Below, in pieces: positions 60,709-63,245 of a DNA stretch of 63,245 bases. Numbering within the stretch: the first letter of the stretch is position 1; every line of letters begins with the position of its first letter. Origin of the DNA: a candidate division WOR-3 bacterium (GTDB lineage: Bacteria; Hydrothermota; Hydrothermia; LBFQ01); contig JALUCS010000007.1 in NCBI GenBank assembly GCA_027050205.1, forward strand, positions 458-63,702, in the 5' to 3' direction. The translations under genes and the position numbers were made by a program. The notes beneath the pieces are model-generated. The model was not told where the DNA came from. It worked only from the letters and a program-made list of their open reading frames with translations, and ran no database searches.

Positions 60709-61053
60709 ATGCCCTACAGGGTCAAGGTGGTGCGGGAGTTCTCCGCGGCCCACTTCCTGAAGAGGTACAAGGGCAAGGCGGAGCCTCTCCACGGCCACAA
60801 CTACAGGGTGGAGGTTATACTGGAGGGGGACCTGAACGAGGAGGGCTATCTGGCGGACTTCCTTGAGGTAAACGCCTACCTCAAGAGCATACTCCCGGAG
60901 CATAGGAACCTCAACGAGGTCATAGGGGGGAACTCAACGACGGAGAGGCTCGCCAAGTGGATCTACGACAGGATGAAGGAGAGGTTCCCGCAGGTTAAAG
61001 AGGTCTGGGTCTGGGAGACCGGACGCTTCGCCGCCTCCTACTACGAGGAATGA
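60709..61053 (+). CDS. 6-pyruvoyl tetrahydropterin synthase/QueD family protein
   Basis: FSAAH, LHGHNY, LNE, STTE and VWET motifs; GGAGG SD before ATG 60709. Confidence 0.9.
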   Translation: MPYRVKVVREFSAAHFLKRYKGKAEPLHGHNYRVEVILEGDLNEEGYLADFLEVNAYLKSILPEHRNLNEVIGGNSTTERLAKWIYDRMKERFPQVKEVWVWETGRFAASYYEE

Positions 61054-61445
61054 GGGTCCTGGCCATAGACTACGGTAAGAGGAGGGTAGGCCTGGCGATA
61101 AGCGACCCGTCCCGTACCTTCGCCTTCCCGTTGGAGACGGTGGACCGTAGGAGGAGGGACCTCAAGGAGAGGCTTAAGGAGATATACCGGGAGAGACCCT
61201 TCTCCACCGTCGTTATAGGGAGGCCGCCGAGGGAGGAGTTGGTGCCGGAGGTTGAGGCCCTAAGTAGGTGGTTAAGGGAGGCCTTCGGTTGTGAGGTCGT
61301 CTTCTGGGACGAGCATTACACGTCGGCCGAGGCGGAGCGACTTCTAAAGGAAAGCGGGAAGCGGTTGAGTAAGGAGAACAAGCACCTGATAGACGCCCTC
61401 GCCGCCTACATAATCCTCGCCGAGTACCTCGGCATACCGTACTGA
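61050..61445 (+). CDS. ruvX: Pre-16S rRNA nuclease YqgF/RuvX
   Basis: LAIDYGKRRVGLAISD, WDEHYTS and DALAAYIIL motifs. Confidence 0.92.
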   Translation: MRVLAIDYGKRRVGLAISDPSRTFAFPLETVDRRRRDLKERLKEIYRERPFSTVVIGRPPREELVPEVEALSRWLREAFGCEVVFWDEHYTSAEAERLLKESGKRLSKENKHLIDALAAYIILAEYLGIPY

Positions 61446-61466
61446 ACGGCCTTAAAATGCACCTCG

Positions 61467-62111
61467 GTGTTGCTACCGTTGTTGGGATGGCAAATTAGGG
61501 GATTTATCAGGATCCCCTTCCTTGAGTGTGTGCCGACGGCGAGGTGCGACCCCCTCCGGCCGAAGGTCAAACCCCCCAAACCCGGTGAGTGGTGGGTGGA
61601 CGCCAGGAACGTCCATCCTGATACCGCACCGCCCGACCTTCCACCCCTCAAGGGGTGCGAGAGGGTAGTCGGGAAGGCGAGGACCTTCATCGTGGATACG
61701 ATCTGGATAGACAGCGGCATCTACTACCTCCCCCCGTTCTCCATCACCAACCACCTTGACTCCGCCCAATACTACGGAAGCGAAGGGGTAAGGTTCTACG
61801 TAAGGACGGAGGGGTTAGTGGCGTTGAAGTTCGGCGTCTGGCTTGATAGCACCTTCTACGTTCTTCCCCCGGAGTACGAGAACGGGTACCTGTACGGCGA
61901 GGGCCTGAACCTGATAAACATAAACTTCCGCAGGGATCTCATCCCCGGCGATTGGTGGCCTCCACGTCTCGGACCGGTGGGACCGAACGGGGGGCAAAAG
62001 CGCACAAAACCCAAAAGGCCGAAGAGGCTCTTCGTGAATTTGCGGGTGCAGATGACCCACTACGAGGGAAAACCCCTTAAGGTGGAGGTGTCGGGGTTGT
62101 GCCTCTACTGA
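61467..62111 (+). CDS. Hypothetical, probably exported protein
   Basis: GTG 8 nt after TAAAAT; short hydrophobic N-terminus. Confidence 0.55.
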   Translation: MLLPLLGWQIRGFIRIPFLECVPTARCDPLRPKVKPPKPGEWWVDARNVHPDTAPPDLPPLKGCERVVGKARTFIVDTIWIDSGIYYLPPFSITNHLDSAQYYGSEGVRFYVRTEGLVALKFGVWLDSTFYVLPPEYENGYLYGEGLNLININFRRDLIPGDWWPPRLGPVGPNGGQKRTKPKRPKRLFVNLRVQMTHYEGKPLKVEVSGLCLY

Positions 62112-62118
62112 CCGCCCT

Positions 62119-62928
62119 TCAATCCAGCTCTATGAGGTACTCCCGCTTGCAGAACATACACCGGGCGACCACCTTACCCTCCCGCTTCTCCTCCTCCGTC
62201 AGCTCCTCCCTCATCATAACGACCAACCGCTTCACCTCCTCGTAGGAACACCAGCACTCGTACCTGTAATCCAAGACCTCCGCCACCTCTCCCTTCCCTC
62301 CGGTCAGGTGGGAGAAGAGGTCCTCTACGCTCTTCTCTTTTAAGAATCCGCTCACGGACAGGCCCCTTATCCTCTCCTCCGCCTCTGCTATCTCCTCCTC
62401 CGTAGCGTCCGGCAGAACCTCCAGGATGAAGCCCCCGGCGGACAGGACCTCCCCGTACTCACCCACCAGGACACCCACACCTACCGCCGTCCTCCTCTGC
62501 TCCGACTGGTAGAAGAAGTGCGCTATATCCTCCCCCACCTCCCCGCTCACTATGGGGACCTCGCTCACGTACCCGTCCCTTATCACCCGTAGGACGCCCT
62601 TGCCAACGATGGAGGAGACGGCCAACTTCCCCCCTACCGGTTTGGCGTGGGCCTCCGGGTTCTTGACGTACCCCCGTACCCTCGTCCCCTTAACCTGGGC
62701 GACGGCATGCTCCGCGGGGCCGTCCATTATCATCTCAAAGGTTATGAGCTTCGGCCTCGTCCCTCTATAGACCAGGCTATACAAGGCCGCCCCCGTCAGG
62801 AGACGACCGAGGAGGGCCGTAGCCGTGGGAGAAGTCCCGTGTATCCTCCGGGCTTCGGAGACGATGTCCTTACTCTCAAGGACGCCTACGACTACGTTCC
62901 CATAACGCCCGAGTATCGCCCTACCCAC
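62119..62928 (-). CDS. hslO: Hsp33 redox chaperone
   Basis: ARRIH..SPTA...LGR, VRGYV.NP, SGEVGED, QSEQ, AGGF, CWC and CMFC motifs; GTG 62928 lies 7 nt after TACAAT. Confidence 0.92.
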   Translation of the reverse strand: MGRAILGRYGNVVVGVLESKDIVSEARRIHGTSPTATALLGRLLTGAALYSLVYRGTRPKLITFEMIMDGPAEHAVAQVKGTRVRGYVKNPEAHAKPVGGKLAVSSIVGKGVLRVIRDGYVSEVPIVSGEVGEDIAHFFYQSEQRRTAVGVGVLVGEYGEVLSAGGFILEVLPDATEEEIAEAEERIRGLSVSGFLKEKSVEDLFSHLTGGKGEVAEVLDYRYECWCSYEEVKRLVVMMREELTEEEKREGKVVARCMFCKREYLIELD

Positions 62929-63245
62929 GGTTGAGATTGTAGGGGCGAGCAACGTCAGGCGTCGGTGAAGGTCGGATTTCAACGAATTGATTCCCGCACC
63001 CCTTCAGGATTCTTGACCGCACTGCGAAATTTTAATCCATAGGGAAGACCTAAGCCCGATTACGCCTCTGTAAGTTCGGAGCAATTTGTCTATATCCTTC
63101 ATAATTTCTCAATTTTTCTGCTGTGTCCAATAATACTTTAGTAGGCGTATCATCCTTTTGACATTTTTCTGAATGGGTAATGGAATTATGCGGCCAACAT
63201 CAAGGCAGAAATGTACAACTTAAACATTATCTCCCGTTTTATGTT

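Overview
63 kb chromosomal window of a GC-rich diderm bacterium, probably FCB-group/WOR-3-like (inferred from seven proteins with T9SS-type C-terminal tails, beta-barrels and a group II GGGP synthase). It starts in the trailer end of a CRISPR array (29-bp repeat, two duplicated spacers, no cas genes). Housekeeping genes are mostly detached from their usual operons: ald, nuoN, dnaJ, prfA, tgt, pyrH, glyS, rpsT, murG, ptrB, hslO and a tRNA-CAT. The best candidates for undescribed systems are: (1) three signal-peptide-bearing peptides sharing an exact C-x-C-P-x5-C-[YF]-C motif, clustered with a propeller-like protein, a thioredoxin-like protein, a CBM9/beta-barrel protein and a TonB-dependent receptor; (2) a coupled TIR-like+TM / PIN gene pair; (3) a secreted metalloprotease with a (TTCTTCC)5 frameshift switch, inside a duplicated lipoprotein/secreted-protein cassette. 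Genome-wide features are -10 boxes just upstream of most start codons (leaderless genes), 5-7 residue hydrophobic N-termini on exported proteins, near-absence of TCGA, and a dispersed intergenic repeat with ~21-bp periodicity. All family assignments come from motif recognition by eye, not database searches.
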